Part shown: in pieces, positions 27,085-39,110 of the stretch
How the letters are laid out: each line of letters starts with the position of its first letter
Numbering within the stretch: position 1 is the stretch's first letter
Origin: Camelus ferus
Taxonomy: Eukaryota
Direction: 5' to 3'
DNA length: 64,000 nucleotides
NCBI RefSeq assembly: GCF_009834535.1
Contig: NC_045697.1
Location: 84,942,001 to 85,006,000, forward strand
The notes under the pieces: generated by a model
Told to the model about the DNA's origin: nothing
Seen by the model: only the letters and a program-made list of their open reading frames with translations
The model's database searches: none
Translations under genes and position numbers: made by a program

Positions 27085-27340
27085 AGTGAAAGAGATGAGA
27101 CCACGCAGGCGGTGCTAGGAATTTAGATTTTTACAGAAGAGCCATGGGGATTCACTGAGATATTATAAACAAAGTGTGTGCATGTGTGTATATGTGTCTG
27201 TGTGTATGCTACAGCGTGTGAGTGGAGATTGGTGGGACACAATAATGGGAGTAGGGAGACCAAACAGGAGGCTATGATATGTGTCCAGGTGGCAGCTGTT
27301 GATAATATGGATGGGGCTCTGGTGGCAGAGTGACAGAGTG
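27085..27340 (-). mobile_element. L2 fragment
   Basis: ctaggaatttagattttta...gccatggggattc...agggagaccaaacaggaggctatgatatgtgtccaggtg. Confidence 0.65.
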
Positions 27341-29371
27341 TCTATTAGCATGTTCTAACCAATGTCCTAATTTTATCTGGACCTGTTTGTTTATGGTTCT
27401 TCAGAAAAAAAATATAGGATTAGTCACTCTAAACAATTAATGATAAAAAGTTTAAAAGAGAGTTGAAGAGAGTAGTCAAATTTGAATTGTAAGTAACCAT
27501 CTCCAGAGATACATTTCAATAATGTTCTAGGACAAGACTTCTGAAAAGAGCTTGGCAGTAGAATACATAAGAGTCATGCTGTTCTTTAAATCATACCATG
27601 AAACATCACTATATTAAATTTCATCATGCAAACTAATGGAAATTTGGCTATATTTTACATAGCAGTCTTTTACATCTTGAAAGTAATATTGTATAAATAT
27701 TTTAATAACACTTCCAGTTTATTAGGCAATAATTATTGACTCATTTGTTTGTTTGTTTGATAACACTCACTGATAGATAAGTGGTAGTACATAGAAAGTA
27801 AAGATTTATGACACATTTATAGAAAAAAAACCAAAATCCTATCCAATGGCTTATTTTTTTAAAGTGTTCATACAAAAATGAATAATTTTGCGATCCTATA
27901 GTCAATACATTTAGACTACCCTCAAAGGACTTCTAGATTCTGTCAGGTTATAATTTCAGGCTCACTATTTTTAGGAAAAATTAACTAAAGGATAACATGA
28001 TATACAGTGTTAACAACACTTAATCAGATATAACTAGGAATCAGTGTTTAGTGATATGTTCCGTGTCTTCAAGTGGGGTGACCACTATTTTTATTGGTTT
28101 CAAAGTAAGCACAAAAATAGATGCAGTAAGCTGATCTTTTTCTCAAAGTGAAATGCAAAAATTCTTCTTAACATATGTTGAATTTGGGGTTAATCTACAT
28201 GCAACATCTTCCACTGTATGCATTGCCCTTGTCAATTTTGTTGATTTCACTAGTTACATGTTTAATAGAAAAGGGTCATTTTTTCAAACTAAGGAAAATC
28301 TTTTAAAGATAATGATTTAAAAATATATCATCTATGAAGAGCATCTCCATAATAGATGTACTTACGTTAACTATTTTTCAAAAAAATTATTCTTCCTTAC
28401 TTATAAATTATTTTAATTATTGTGTTATTCATGTATGTAAAGTACAAATGCACTGATTTCGGTGAATCAAAACCCCATCTGATTGTAGGTGTATGCATAT
28501 GCATATACACTCAAGTGTGGTATGACGTAGGTTACAAATTACTGTAAATCAGTTTTTCTACTTGGTGTCTAGCAAACCATTAAATGCTAATATTCATAAA
28601 ATAAGTATCATTGCAACATTTTATTACCTCTTACCTTTTATTACCATTTATTACTTAATTTTGGTTTTTAATTTGTCTAATTTTAATCTTATATCTTTGA
28701 GGTTTTTATTATTTGCTTATTTTATAAGAATTTCATAGATAATTTTGTTTAATGGCTTTTGTGAATCATTTTGAGAATCTGAAATGGAAAGCCTTTAGTA
28801 ATCTGAGAGCCTACTCTTGTTCCTCATCCCCCAGTTCTCCCCTAACTGACTCCTTCTCCATTGATGAGGAAACCGTCACAGCTCTGATACAGGAAGGGGT
28901 GGGTGAGCACTGAGGGGCACAAGAGAGAAGAGCTCACAGGATGTTGGATCTGGCAAAAGTAAAGAGCTGAAGCAGCCCTACCTGTCGTACCCCTTAATCT
29001 ATATTTTAGAAAAACTCTACCTTACTAACGGCCATGTAAATGTTTTTTTCCTTCTAATTCTTTAACAACTCTGGGACCCTAAACAGAACCTGCAGATTTG
29101 AATATACTTAACTTTTCAAGTGTTCACTAAATTCTACCATCTACAGTTTAGTTTTGTTTTTTTTTTTAATTCAGCCCGCATTCACACTGTTAGAATTTAT
29201 TGTTTTCCTTTAGGGTTGACTTTACTTAAACATACACACGCAAACACGCGCCCCTAAATCAATAAACAAATAAATAAACAAAAGTAGAGCATTACCTTTT
29301 CTATTATTTAGGAATTGTATCTGGCTCTCAATGGTAAGACCTTAATAAAACAGTGAATTACGTGAGCTAGA

Positions 29372-29396
29372 TTTTTCTTTTTTTCCTCAGGTGAGA
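29372..29396 (+). other. Recursive-splice-like site (polypyrimidine-CAG|GTGAGA)
   Basis: tttttctttttttcctcag|gtgaga; 3' splice site at 29390 immediately followed by a 5' splice-site consensus. Confidence 0.25.
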
Positions 29397-29525
29397 AACA
29401 GTGCAGACAGGCAATCCAAGGAATTGTAATCGGTGTATGCTGTCGTCATTGCCCCCAGATTCCCTGTTTTTCTGCTCTGCCATCTATAGAACTTGTTCCC
29501 ATTCTCAGATTGCCTTGTGACTTAC

Positions 29526-29561
29526 AGTACAGATGCAGCAGCTCCAGCAATCATGTCTGCA
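29526..29561 (-). other. Candidate 36-nt exon
   Basis: Minus strand: cttaac branch-like motif, ~40-nt pyrimidine tract, CAG|TGCAGACATGATTGCTGGAGCTGCTGCATCTGTACT|GTAAGT. Confidence 0.3.
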
Positions 29562-29566
29562 CTGGT

Positions 29567-29599
29567 GGGAAAAAGGGGGAGGAGAGGGGACAGGAGGGG
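29567..29599 (+). other. Canonical G-quadruplex motif
   Basis: GGG-aaaaa-GGGGG-aggaga-GGGG-acagga-GGGG fits G3+N1-7 x4. Confidence 0.6.
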
Positions 29600-30319
29600 A
29601 GGCATTTCACAGTTAAGTGCTTTGCTGCTGCTTCTAACAATAAATAAATTTTGTTAAATATAACGCAAGGATAAATGGATTTTGAGCAGGCAACTCACAG
29701 TCTGCCACATCTGTCGTTTATATATCTCTGTATATATCTTGTAGTTCTTAGCCAGAAAACTTTCTTAAGATTTCTCATAAGCCTGAGTCACCGTGGAGTC
29801 TAAAAAGTAACAAACTCCAGTCCATATGCTGATTCAACTAGTTGAAGTCATAGCCTATACACACTTCTAAATATGGATAAAAATAGTGTCCCAAAATACA
29901 TAAATACTTTTGAATAGGGATAAAACTAGTACCCAAAAGAATTATGCAGTGCTTGGGAGGGTTGGTATCAACAAAAACACATCCCAGTGTTAGGATGGCT
30001 GCTAGCAGAGGGAATATCCAGGTGCAAGGTTTGCTTAATTTACAATATTTTCTTCTCTCTACCTCTGGTTAAGCAGAAACACATTTATTATTACTGTGTT
30101 TGGAGGAAGAACCAAAACCATTGCAATATTTCTGCTTTTTCCCCCAAAAAAACTTTCTCTGAAACTTGATTGTTGGATTGGTAATATTGACTAAATGAAG
30201 TTCCTCTGAGGTATCAATCTGGTGTGGCTATCAAATAGGCTAATACTGTTTTTTACTGTTAACATAATTTTGATGGAAATATGATCATGTATTTTCACTT
30301 TATTAGATTGTAGTTTAAG

Positions 30320-30560
30320 GCAGCACCAAATAATGTGTAAGAACATGGGTCTTGGAGACAGATACAGGTGGATTTAAAAAGTCTGACTCTTCTACTGCCA
30401 GCTGTGTGTGACCTGGGAAAGCTTCTCCTTCAGTCGAATGTGTGGCAGGGAGATAAATCCAATCTCAAGGTTCTGATAGAATTAAATGAGTGAGTAAGTG
30501 TATGTAAAGTGTGCAGCCGAGTGCGTGTCACATAGTGGACATTCAGTAAAGAAAACTTTA
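30320..30560 (+). mobile_element. MIR SINE
   Basis: aagaacatgggtcttggagacaga...ctactgccagctgtgtgtgacctgggaaag...gaattaaatgag...tatgtaaagtg...cacatagt. Confidence 0.85.
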
Positions 30561-31064
30561 TTGTTAAGGCTGTTACTCCTACTTTTCTAAATTGATGTGC
30601 CCTTAGCATTATACCCTTGTTAATACAGACTTTCTAGGTTAGAGGTGAAAGGGTCATGTCAGCTCTAATTACTCTCAAGAAGCACACTTAATTTATGTAA
30701 GGGCTTTAGTTTGGATCTTATAATCCTTTATGGGACTTGGAGTCCCTGATACTGTGCCTGCTCTCTTCCAGGACTATGGCGGTTATTTGATGGGCGCAGG
30801 CCTGAGCCCCCCAGTTACCCCAGCATCAGCTCTGTTTATCCCTGTAGCTGGTCTGATTGGTAGTGCCTGTCTGATGATAGTGGTTGGTCAGTATCTCACT
30901 CTTATTCAGAAATATTACTTCAGCATTCCTGATTAAAATTGAAAACAGAAATGGATAAAATACTACTTTGGTGGAATTCTTTTAAAAAATGAGCTGTTGT
31001 AAAAAGATAATAAATGCATAATCATCTTGGAAAAAGTGGTATCAGATTAGACAGGGCTTAAAAT

Positions 31065-31290
31065 GATAGTTGTCATTTATTTGACCACCTACTGTATTTT
31101 CAGTATTAACTCTACTATGTGTTTTAAATACATTCCAATTAATTTTCATAACCACCCTAAGAAGTAAGCTTATCATTTGCTCTATTTTCCAGCAAGAAAT
31201 GTGACTTGCAGATAGATGGTCTGTTCAAATTCACATGGCCAATAAATGTTGAAAATAGAATTTAAATTTCTCTCCTGCCTGACTAAAAGC
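31065..31290 (-). mobile_element. MIR SINE
   Basis: catttatttgaccacctactgt...taattttcataaccaccctaagaagtaag...tcaaattcacatggccaataaatg. Confidence 0.7.
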
Positions 31291-31767
31291 TATTTTCTTA
31301 ACTACCACGTAATAGTGGTATTCTTTTCTTAAAAAAGGTGATACAGGGAGACATTTGGAGTAAAGCTGGTAATAAAGTAAGAGAATTGTTTTCTCATTCA
31401 TAAAGAAGCAGATTAGATTATTATTTTATGAAAGTCCAAACCATTAACTTTGCTTCCTCAACTTGGGTACTCTGCTCTGTCTCTGTAGAAAATTTGCAAG
31501 TTGATTTTGACAATCCCGTCAAACACTAAGGGAGTAAGATTTTCCCCACTTGCCCACACATGGACTCCTGAAGGTGGGGTGAGGGGAGAGAGAATTCAAT
31601 ACTTTAAGTTGTGTTTTTACACTTAGAAATGCATATTCATATTTGTGATAAGATTTCAGAAATTAGATAATTTTGCATTTTTCTGCTCTTGAAATACTCT
31701 CTTTAAATGTATTATTTACATTTCTTGGTTCATATAAAGTGTCGCTTTCCCTGAGATCTGCCCATAG

Positions 31768-31954
31768 AGGGTTGCTAAATTTAGCAAATAAAAATATGGG
31801 ATGGCCAGTTAAATTTTAATTTCACATGAGCAACACGTAATTCTTTAATATCACTATGTCCTATACAACATCTGGAACAAACTAACACTAAAAAACTATT
31901 CATTGTTTGTTTGAAATTCATGACTGGCAATCCTGTATTTTATCTGGCAACCAT
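31768..31954. mobile_element. MER53 palindromic hAT MITE
   Basis: agggttgctaaatttagcaaataaaaatatgggatggccagttaaattttaatttc...tcctgtattttatctggcaacc; terminal and internal inverted repeats. Confidence 0.9.
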
Positions 31955-33479
31955 TAGTGGAAGTAGTATTGTGAAACAGAAACAACAAACATCCATAACA
32001 ATGAAAATGAAAAGACATCTCTTTTGAATTCAGACAAACTAGGCTTCAAGTTACATGTTTACCACCTAAGTGAGTGACAAATCCATGCCTCTTGGATTGG
32101 GCTGTATATGTAGAAAGAAGACGACATCTCCATTCACCCTTGGGGAGAATTGGAGAGCAGGGTCGTGCAAACTCTGGTATTTTAAATGGTTAGGATCTCT
32201 AATGCTTATTGAGATGCTCTGCTGGGTAAGCAGACCAATATGGGTATTCTGTAACCTGGCATTAAAAAATATTTCCACACTTGAAAAATAATTTGAAACT
32301 CATTACTCCAAGGTGTTTCTTATCTGAACCAATCATTTTGTATTGATTTGCTCTACATTTTTGTAGATGTTTTTTGTTTCCTTGACTCAATTCTAAATTC
32401 TGTTTGGGTAGGTGAGCAGTCCTAATGGAGCATGGAATCTAGGGAAAAGTACACTGTGTGTCAAAGTTTTCCCTCTTTTTTTTTAAAAAAAATGGAACTA
32501 ATAAAATAAATACTGTAACAGCCTTAAAACCTAATAAGAGCAAGGAAAGTATATGTGGAAAAAGCAATCCCATAATTTCTGCATTTCCTTGGTGATAATG
32601 AACTATAGAAAGCATTCTATAAATATCATCTTGTCCCTGAATACCAGCAAACAGCATCACCTTCATTCATTAAGTTCTCAAAAATTAAGAGTTATGTGAT
32701 CATCTGAATTCTTTATACAATTGACAAGACTGTATAGTCTTAGCACAGGCTATATCTAACCTATTTCTGTTTCAACTAATGGCTTAGAATATAACAAACA
32801 CTCAGTGTGATAGGTCAACTTGATAGAATCACTTGATTAACTCTGCAGAAACTGAGAAGCATCAATTCTTTCTCCTACTTTGTCAAGTTGAGGTTGGATG
32901 GGAGTCATGTGGTATTATTCAAATAGCATCTCTCAGAAGAGATATCTTTGAATATGTTTGTGTAACATCCTTAGTAATAAATGAAAAGAATAAGCACTAA
33001 TCACCGTTCCTTCCTTTATGGCACCTTGATAAGAGCTAGCACGTATTTTCATAGGACAGTTAAAAGAATTTGTCTTCAGTTCTGATGAAAACAGGAACAT
33101 CAGCATGATGTTGACCATCAATAGTAGGCAACAATTTCAGCAGGAAAAAAATGTCATGGCTGATCATTTGAAGACATAATTCCTTCTGGTAATCATTTAT
33201 ATAATTTAATAGGAAATGAAAAACTTGGATATTTAAGGCAACTGTCCACGATAGTCATAAAATTCCCAATTCTATAAATCACCTTCTTCTTAGAAAGAAA
33301 ATGCATATCATCTCAAGACACTTCAGTGATTCTTAGCCTGTGTTTTTTGTAGCTCAGCACAAATAGAATTGGAATTCACCAATATCTTGAGATCTTTACA
33401 CCTTGAAATAGTTGATAGCCAGTTATTGGCAGATAACAGTATTAGCTAATATAATCTGTGTGTGTGTTGTTTTTTTTTT

Positions 33480-34130
33480 TTGATATGCCAGATAATGTTG
33501 TAAACCCTTGGCATTTATTATTTCATTTAATACCTAAAATAACATAAGGTTGGTCCTGCAAGAACTGTGAAAGTTCTGAAATTCTGCCCTATTGGCAAGC
33601 TGACAGATTGTCTTAGCACCCTTTCATGGTTGTTGGCAGAAGATGTGAGACTACTGGTTCAGAGACAAAGGACAGTTTTATTACTCATGGTAATAGTAAT
33701 TGCCAGAGTATCCACATTTTCTTGTGTCAGTTTCCCCAACCCCAGTTCCTACAGAGCAATGTGAAAATGAAATGAAAAAAGCCAGGTTACATATGCTTAT
33801 GCAATGGGTTGAATTACAGAACAGAATCACTGAAGTTAGGAAACACAAAATGTCCATAATGGGCAATAAGCATCATTGCTTGGGAAGAAGACATTATTTC
33901 TCTTTTCCAAGACTGCTGCAGCCCTAAAGATACAGTCCATAACAAAGATAATCAGTGCTTCTGCTCAAAAGACATGCAGAAAAATGAGAGAGTTATGGCT
34001 AATTGTCTCCCAGCATATACCAATATTATTTCCTTTTACAGATGAGGAAACAGTAGAGCCAGACAAGGTCACATAGGTAGTAGTCAGTTAAAACTTAAGT
34101 AGTTTGACTCCAAAACTCATGCTCTGAACA
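33480..34130 (-). mobile_element. MIR SINE split by an LTR
   Basis: tatgccagata...tatttcatttaatacc before the LTR; ttttacagatgaggaaacag...caaggtcaca...tgactccaaaactcatgctct after it. Confidence 0.75.
33556..34015 (-). mobile_element. ERVL solo LTR (MER54/MER74/LTR47 group)
   Basis: caagaactgtgaaagttctgaaattctgccctattggcaagct...ttggcagaagatgtgagactactggttcagagacaaaggacagttttatt is the reverse complement of the group's 3' end. Confidence 0.78.
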
Positions 34131-36679
34131 ACAACAACAACAACAAAAATCTGATTAAAAAATAGTTGTGAGGGAAGTGTGTCTGTAAAAAGAATGGAAG
34201 AATCCATTATCTTTCTACAAAATCACACTAGAAGTTGAAATTCAGTTAGTGTCATTGTTTGCTTAGATTTTTCAAGGTGCAGTTGGAACATACATACCTT
34301 TTTAAAGATTAGGATACAAATTGCATGATAATAATGCTACTTAAAAATCATATATCTGTAAAGGTAACATTTCAAGGGATCTGATGCATATAGAGCATCC
34401 TCTGTGATTTTATCAAAATAAGTTCTTAATTGAGGAGATGGTATGCTAAACTGTTTAGAAAATACAACCTCCTTGTGGCTATCTGATTCCTTTACCACTT
34501 AATCAACTTTCTCAAATAAAACAGAATAAATACTAAAAAGCATTAGGTCCACAAGAGGCTTATAAGGCAAAATGTTTTACTAAAGCCCAATTGCCATCGG
34601 CAGTAAATGTTTCGTCATTAATACCTGTTCTGGTGACTTGATCTCATCCTCTATTGAGATACTGTCTGATCCTAATTGTAATGGGGTGCTTCCCATTCAC
34701 TTTATAACAAAGGCCAGCTTCTTTCCCAAACACGACTTCATTTGTATCTCAAAAAGACACTGATAAGCTTTTTATTTGAATCAAGAATATTAGTGAATAA
34801 ATGATCCATGAAATTGAATCCCCAAAATAATTTCTGGTTGATGTTGTATCAAGTGCTTTCATTGGTAGTTTTTATAAGAGTCTGTTCTCTGGAAAGATCC
34901 CCTCTGTTTTGCCCATCATCCCCAGTACAGTTTTCACAGGCAGCTCTCAATTTTCTGCATGCTGATTACCGCGCTGTGTGTTGCTTAGGTCCTTTGGTAT
35001 AAGGTGTCATCCCCAGAGACCCAGACCTCGAGTCACATTCCCACTTACCAGATCCCCCAGTTAGTCTTTGCTTAGCTTGTTCCTGTGAGGGCTTAATGAA
35101 AGGAGAAAATTGAGACTCTAGCAAGGCAAAGAGGCATCTAAAGAAACTCATTTGTGTTTGACTAGACAGTGACAGAAATGTGTGCTGGTTTTGATCGTTT
35201 ATCTTTAAAACAAATAAAATCCATACAGAGTATTGAGGAAGGGAGTTTAGTTTGAGAACTTCCATAAAGAACCACTTAGGAAATTAGTCTTTTTAACTCT
35301 TAAAATCTTAGGTATATCTAAAATCTATGCCTATTCAAGACCTAGCACATTGAGTCACTTATCTTTTATTGACTACTCTTTGGTGGGCTATTCCAAACAA
35401 TTGCCATAATTCTCTATAGTTAATGAGAAATGTAGGCTGAAAGTTCTGGATTACTTCTAATTTCAAGAGAATGATAAGACACATGCCATTCTTGGTTTGC
35501 TATGATCCCTTAGAAGCTGACGGAGCTCTCCAGAATGTGCACTGTTGGGGGTGGGGGTGGGAATAAATCACTTGTCTTTGGGAATTAAACATTTCTCTTT
35601 GTCTGGAGTAATAAATTCAGTTTCCAAATATATTGGGCTTGTCCTAGGATCAGAATTGGCTCAGCTCTAGGGTTACAAATATTAAGTAGTATAAGATGAT
35701 GAAGTACTCTTCGGCACTCTGATCAGTTGACCTCTTTCCTAGCTTCCTTTTGTTTTATGTTGCAGACTGGTCAGGGAACTGTACTTCATGTTTTCTATCA
35801 TGACTCGTGGGTGCTTGATATTTCCATATTCACATAAACAGCTGAGGAATATGGTCTTTTCTTATTCTTTGATTTGTGATTTACTTTGATTTCTGAAGCT
35901 AAGAGCTTATAGAAGGAAATCTTTTAAAATAACTAAAACAAACAAACAAAAGGGGAAAAAAGAACAACAGGCACAAACAAAGGTTCTTTTCTTTTCTAAT
36001 TCTTTGGTAGAATTCAGAAATAATTGAGGCCAGCGCTACTGTGAAAGAGCTGAGATCAGAGAATGGTTCCTGTTGGCTAAGATCCTTTAATGAGCGTGTT
36101 TTCTTCTCCAGAACCTCTGTTCCTTCTCACAGCCACATACTAGACCTCTCCAAGTTCTGGAGGGACAGTTTTAACTCTGGTTATTTATTTTTAGTGCCTG
36201 GGACTTTAAGCTTCCATTTTCTTCCACTGCCACCACAGAAGTTCTGGCCCCCTGGGTGGTCCTGGAGTCCAAGTGAGTCTGCCCGAGTTACGACCCCACA
36301 CACCTGGACCCTATCTGGGACTGTAAACTTTGGGGGACTGGAAGTAAGTGATGGGGGATATGCTGTAGGTGGATGGTGGAGAGGGAGGATAGAGAGGACA
36401 AGGAGAGGGGAGAGGCAGGCACTGCTCGTTCCCAAGTAAACACCACAACACTTGCTGGTTAAAATTTTCATTGCCCTTATATTTTAGAAGATTTAGGGTT
36501 ACTAAAAAATGCTAATGCCCACTGAATTTTCACTTTAATAGAAAAATTAAATGTATGTTAACATGTTAGTTCTCATGCAGATTTCAAACTAAAAATTAGT
36601 TTTGATTCCAAATCACCAGTAAGAGTGTCTCATCTTTTATCCTTAGAAGGTAGTAATGTATCATGGGCAAACAATTTTT

Positions 36680-36790
36680 ATTTAGGAGTTTAATTGACAT
36701 TTGTGGGGCTTCCCATCTGCCAGGCACTGTGCTAGGCAAGTAGCAGACATTGCTCCTGCCCTCAGGAGGCTTTACATCTTGTGAACTAGA
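36680..36790 (-). mobile_element. L2 3' end
   Basis: tgccaggcactgtgctagg...tcctgccctcaggaggctttacatct. Confidence 0.7.
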
Positions 36791-37864
36791 TGCAGAGAAT
36801 AAAACTGACTGATGGAGGCTCCAATACACATAATACACAGAGTCCCCAGCTGCCAAGCCACATTTAAGTTAAGGAAAGAAGAAAAGGATGACCCGACCCA
36901 TATGTGTGTCTCCTGTGGGCATTTGTAATCTCACTCAGAAAGTTTTGTGAATCAAAATGTAGGCATAAGCTCATATCCTATGGTCAAAAGAGGAATAATA
37001 AATAATGGTTGCGTTACTGATAATATCACTTTCTGTATGTGGAAACTGAGACTCAGAGACATTTCAGTGACTAGCTTAGGCCACACTAGACCCATAAAGG
37101 AAAAAGGTAGGGCCCAAATAGTCCTCTCAACACATCCTCCCCTCTCTTTTATAAAATCAGTCTTGTTAGGAGTGGCAGGAGGCCCAGCATACTTAGTCCT
37201 TTCTGCAACAAGTCAAAGAAAAATCTGCAAGTCCTAAGTTTACATGTCTGTCAAAGGAAAGAATTTCAGAGATTGTTATGGAAATTGGTATTTTGGTTTC
37301 TTGTATCTAGCAAGGGCATGGGGGAGCAGTGTGTGAAAGAGGTGGGAGGACAAGCACGGAGCATGCGGATTAATTTCACGGAGTACAGTCTTTTCTAATA
37401 AATCCCAAGATTAATGATGAACTGTGTATTGAAATAAAGGAATTGCTGCATTCCTGTTTTGTTAACTGTGAAGAATAGGCTTAGAACAACATTTATGAAA
37501 CTACAAATCATGGAAATGCTTTAAGTGCTTGTTTTTCCCTATAGAAGCTTGAATGATTGCCTACTGGACCAAGTAGCAAATCTCAGCTTACCTCTAACAT
37601 TTACTGATTACTGAAGTGTAGTTAGGACAACAAAGAAACCTGAAAATGTCTGGGAGTACCATTAAGCAGAGACTTTGCTTCAAAGCCAGGTGCTGAGTTT
37701 TCCCTGCTTTTTACGTTTCTCATTCATAATCTCTAAATTATTTCTTAAATGTTTTGTTTTATAAAGCCTATGTAGTCAGATTTTCTTTTTCTGATTTAGC
37801 TTTTTCTTTTCTTCTCTTTTTTTTTACAGTCTTGCCAGTAAAGAGTAGTCAACATAGTTGATTA

Positions 37865-37960
37865 AGAATGCAGAATCTCTGGTCCTACCCAGATCTACTG
37901 AATCAGTCTGCATTTTATAAGATCCCCATTTGTTTGCAAGCACAATAAAGTTTGACAAGA
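37865..37960. mobile_element. MER5A-like MITE fragment
   Basis: aatgcagaatctctggtcctacccagatctactgaatcag...ctgcattttataagatcccc...aaagtttga. Confidence 0.75.
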
Positions 37961-38992
37961 ATAATCTTCCAGGCTATTAGAACGATTACATGAAGTTAGT
38001 TGTGTAAGGAAGCTAAGGCTGATTTACAAATCTGAATATTACTGTAAATAACTTGGTCTCTTACAGGGTCATCAAATGATTGTGGGTTGAATATCTATTC
38101 ACAGAGCCCCGCCATGTACCCGGCACGGAGTTAGGAGCACAGAGTATACAGTGTATCGCACTGGCTGACATGCCACGCTTCATATGTATTTTGTGACTTA
38201 GTTTTTCCTCTCAAGTTTCATATGTTTACTTTTACATTGCGCACATCACACTTCCCGTGAACACAAACAACACGTGCTAACATTGCATTAACTGAAACTA
38301 ATTTTAAGTCGGTCATTTGTTAATGGGTAGGACCTGTCAACAAACTCCCATTGAATTGAAAACAGAAAGGAAAAGACTTCAGTTATCGATGCTCTAAACT
38401 GAAGTGATTGTCCTTCCTGAGAGTGGCAGGAGCCTTGTGGGGAGGAGCGTGATGGCCATGTCCACTCACCTTACTCCGCCTGGCCCAGGCGGCATTTGTG
38501 CTGACACCCAGGGTACGTGCACAGACGCGTCTCTAGATTTCAGGTGGTGCTGTGTTGTGTGCCCCATTCTTCCCCGTCCATCCCTGATGTGGGTTTCCTG
38601 GCTGCAACATTCACATTCCTTCCTCTATGGAGGTTTTTCCTTTCATTGTCTTTTCAAGATCCTACCATTAATCTAACAATTTTCATTCACAGCACTGACA
38701 TGAAAAATGATGTAAAGGCTGTATGAGAGACAGAAGACCCTCTACACCTTGTTAGCGTCATCAAGCCTACTGTGTCTCTACACCACAATGAGAAACCAGA
38801 AGGGTAAGGGATATCTGTCTTCATTTTCTAAAGGCAATGGAAAAATGCAGTGAATTAGTTGCATCAGATGAAGATTTTTAATATTGCCGTTGGTATTGTC
38901 CTTCTTGTCTGAATGGAAACACATGGGCCAGTGTAATTTAGGTGCATTTAGAAAACCAGCTACACAAAAGATTTTCAGGTGTAGATGTGGAA

Positions 38993-39110
38993 CAGAGGTT
39001 CTCAGCCCTGACTACACATTAAAATCACCTGGAGGGCTTTTGATATGCACTAATGCTGCACCCCACCTCTATATATTCTGACTTAGTTATTCTGGCATGG
39101 ACACCTGGCA
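38993..39110. mobile_element. MER5B-like MITE fragment
   Basis: cagaggttctcagccctgactacacattaaaatcacctggagggctttt...atattctgacttagtt. Confidence 0.7.

Noticed and set aside
29312..29333. 22-nt + strand exon-like unit (tttag|...ATG|gtaaga)
   Set aside because: It would leave only a 57-nt intron before the 29390 acceptor, shorter than typical mammalian introns; no other support
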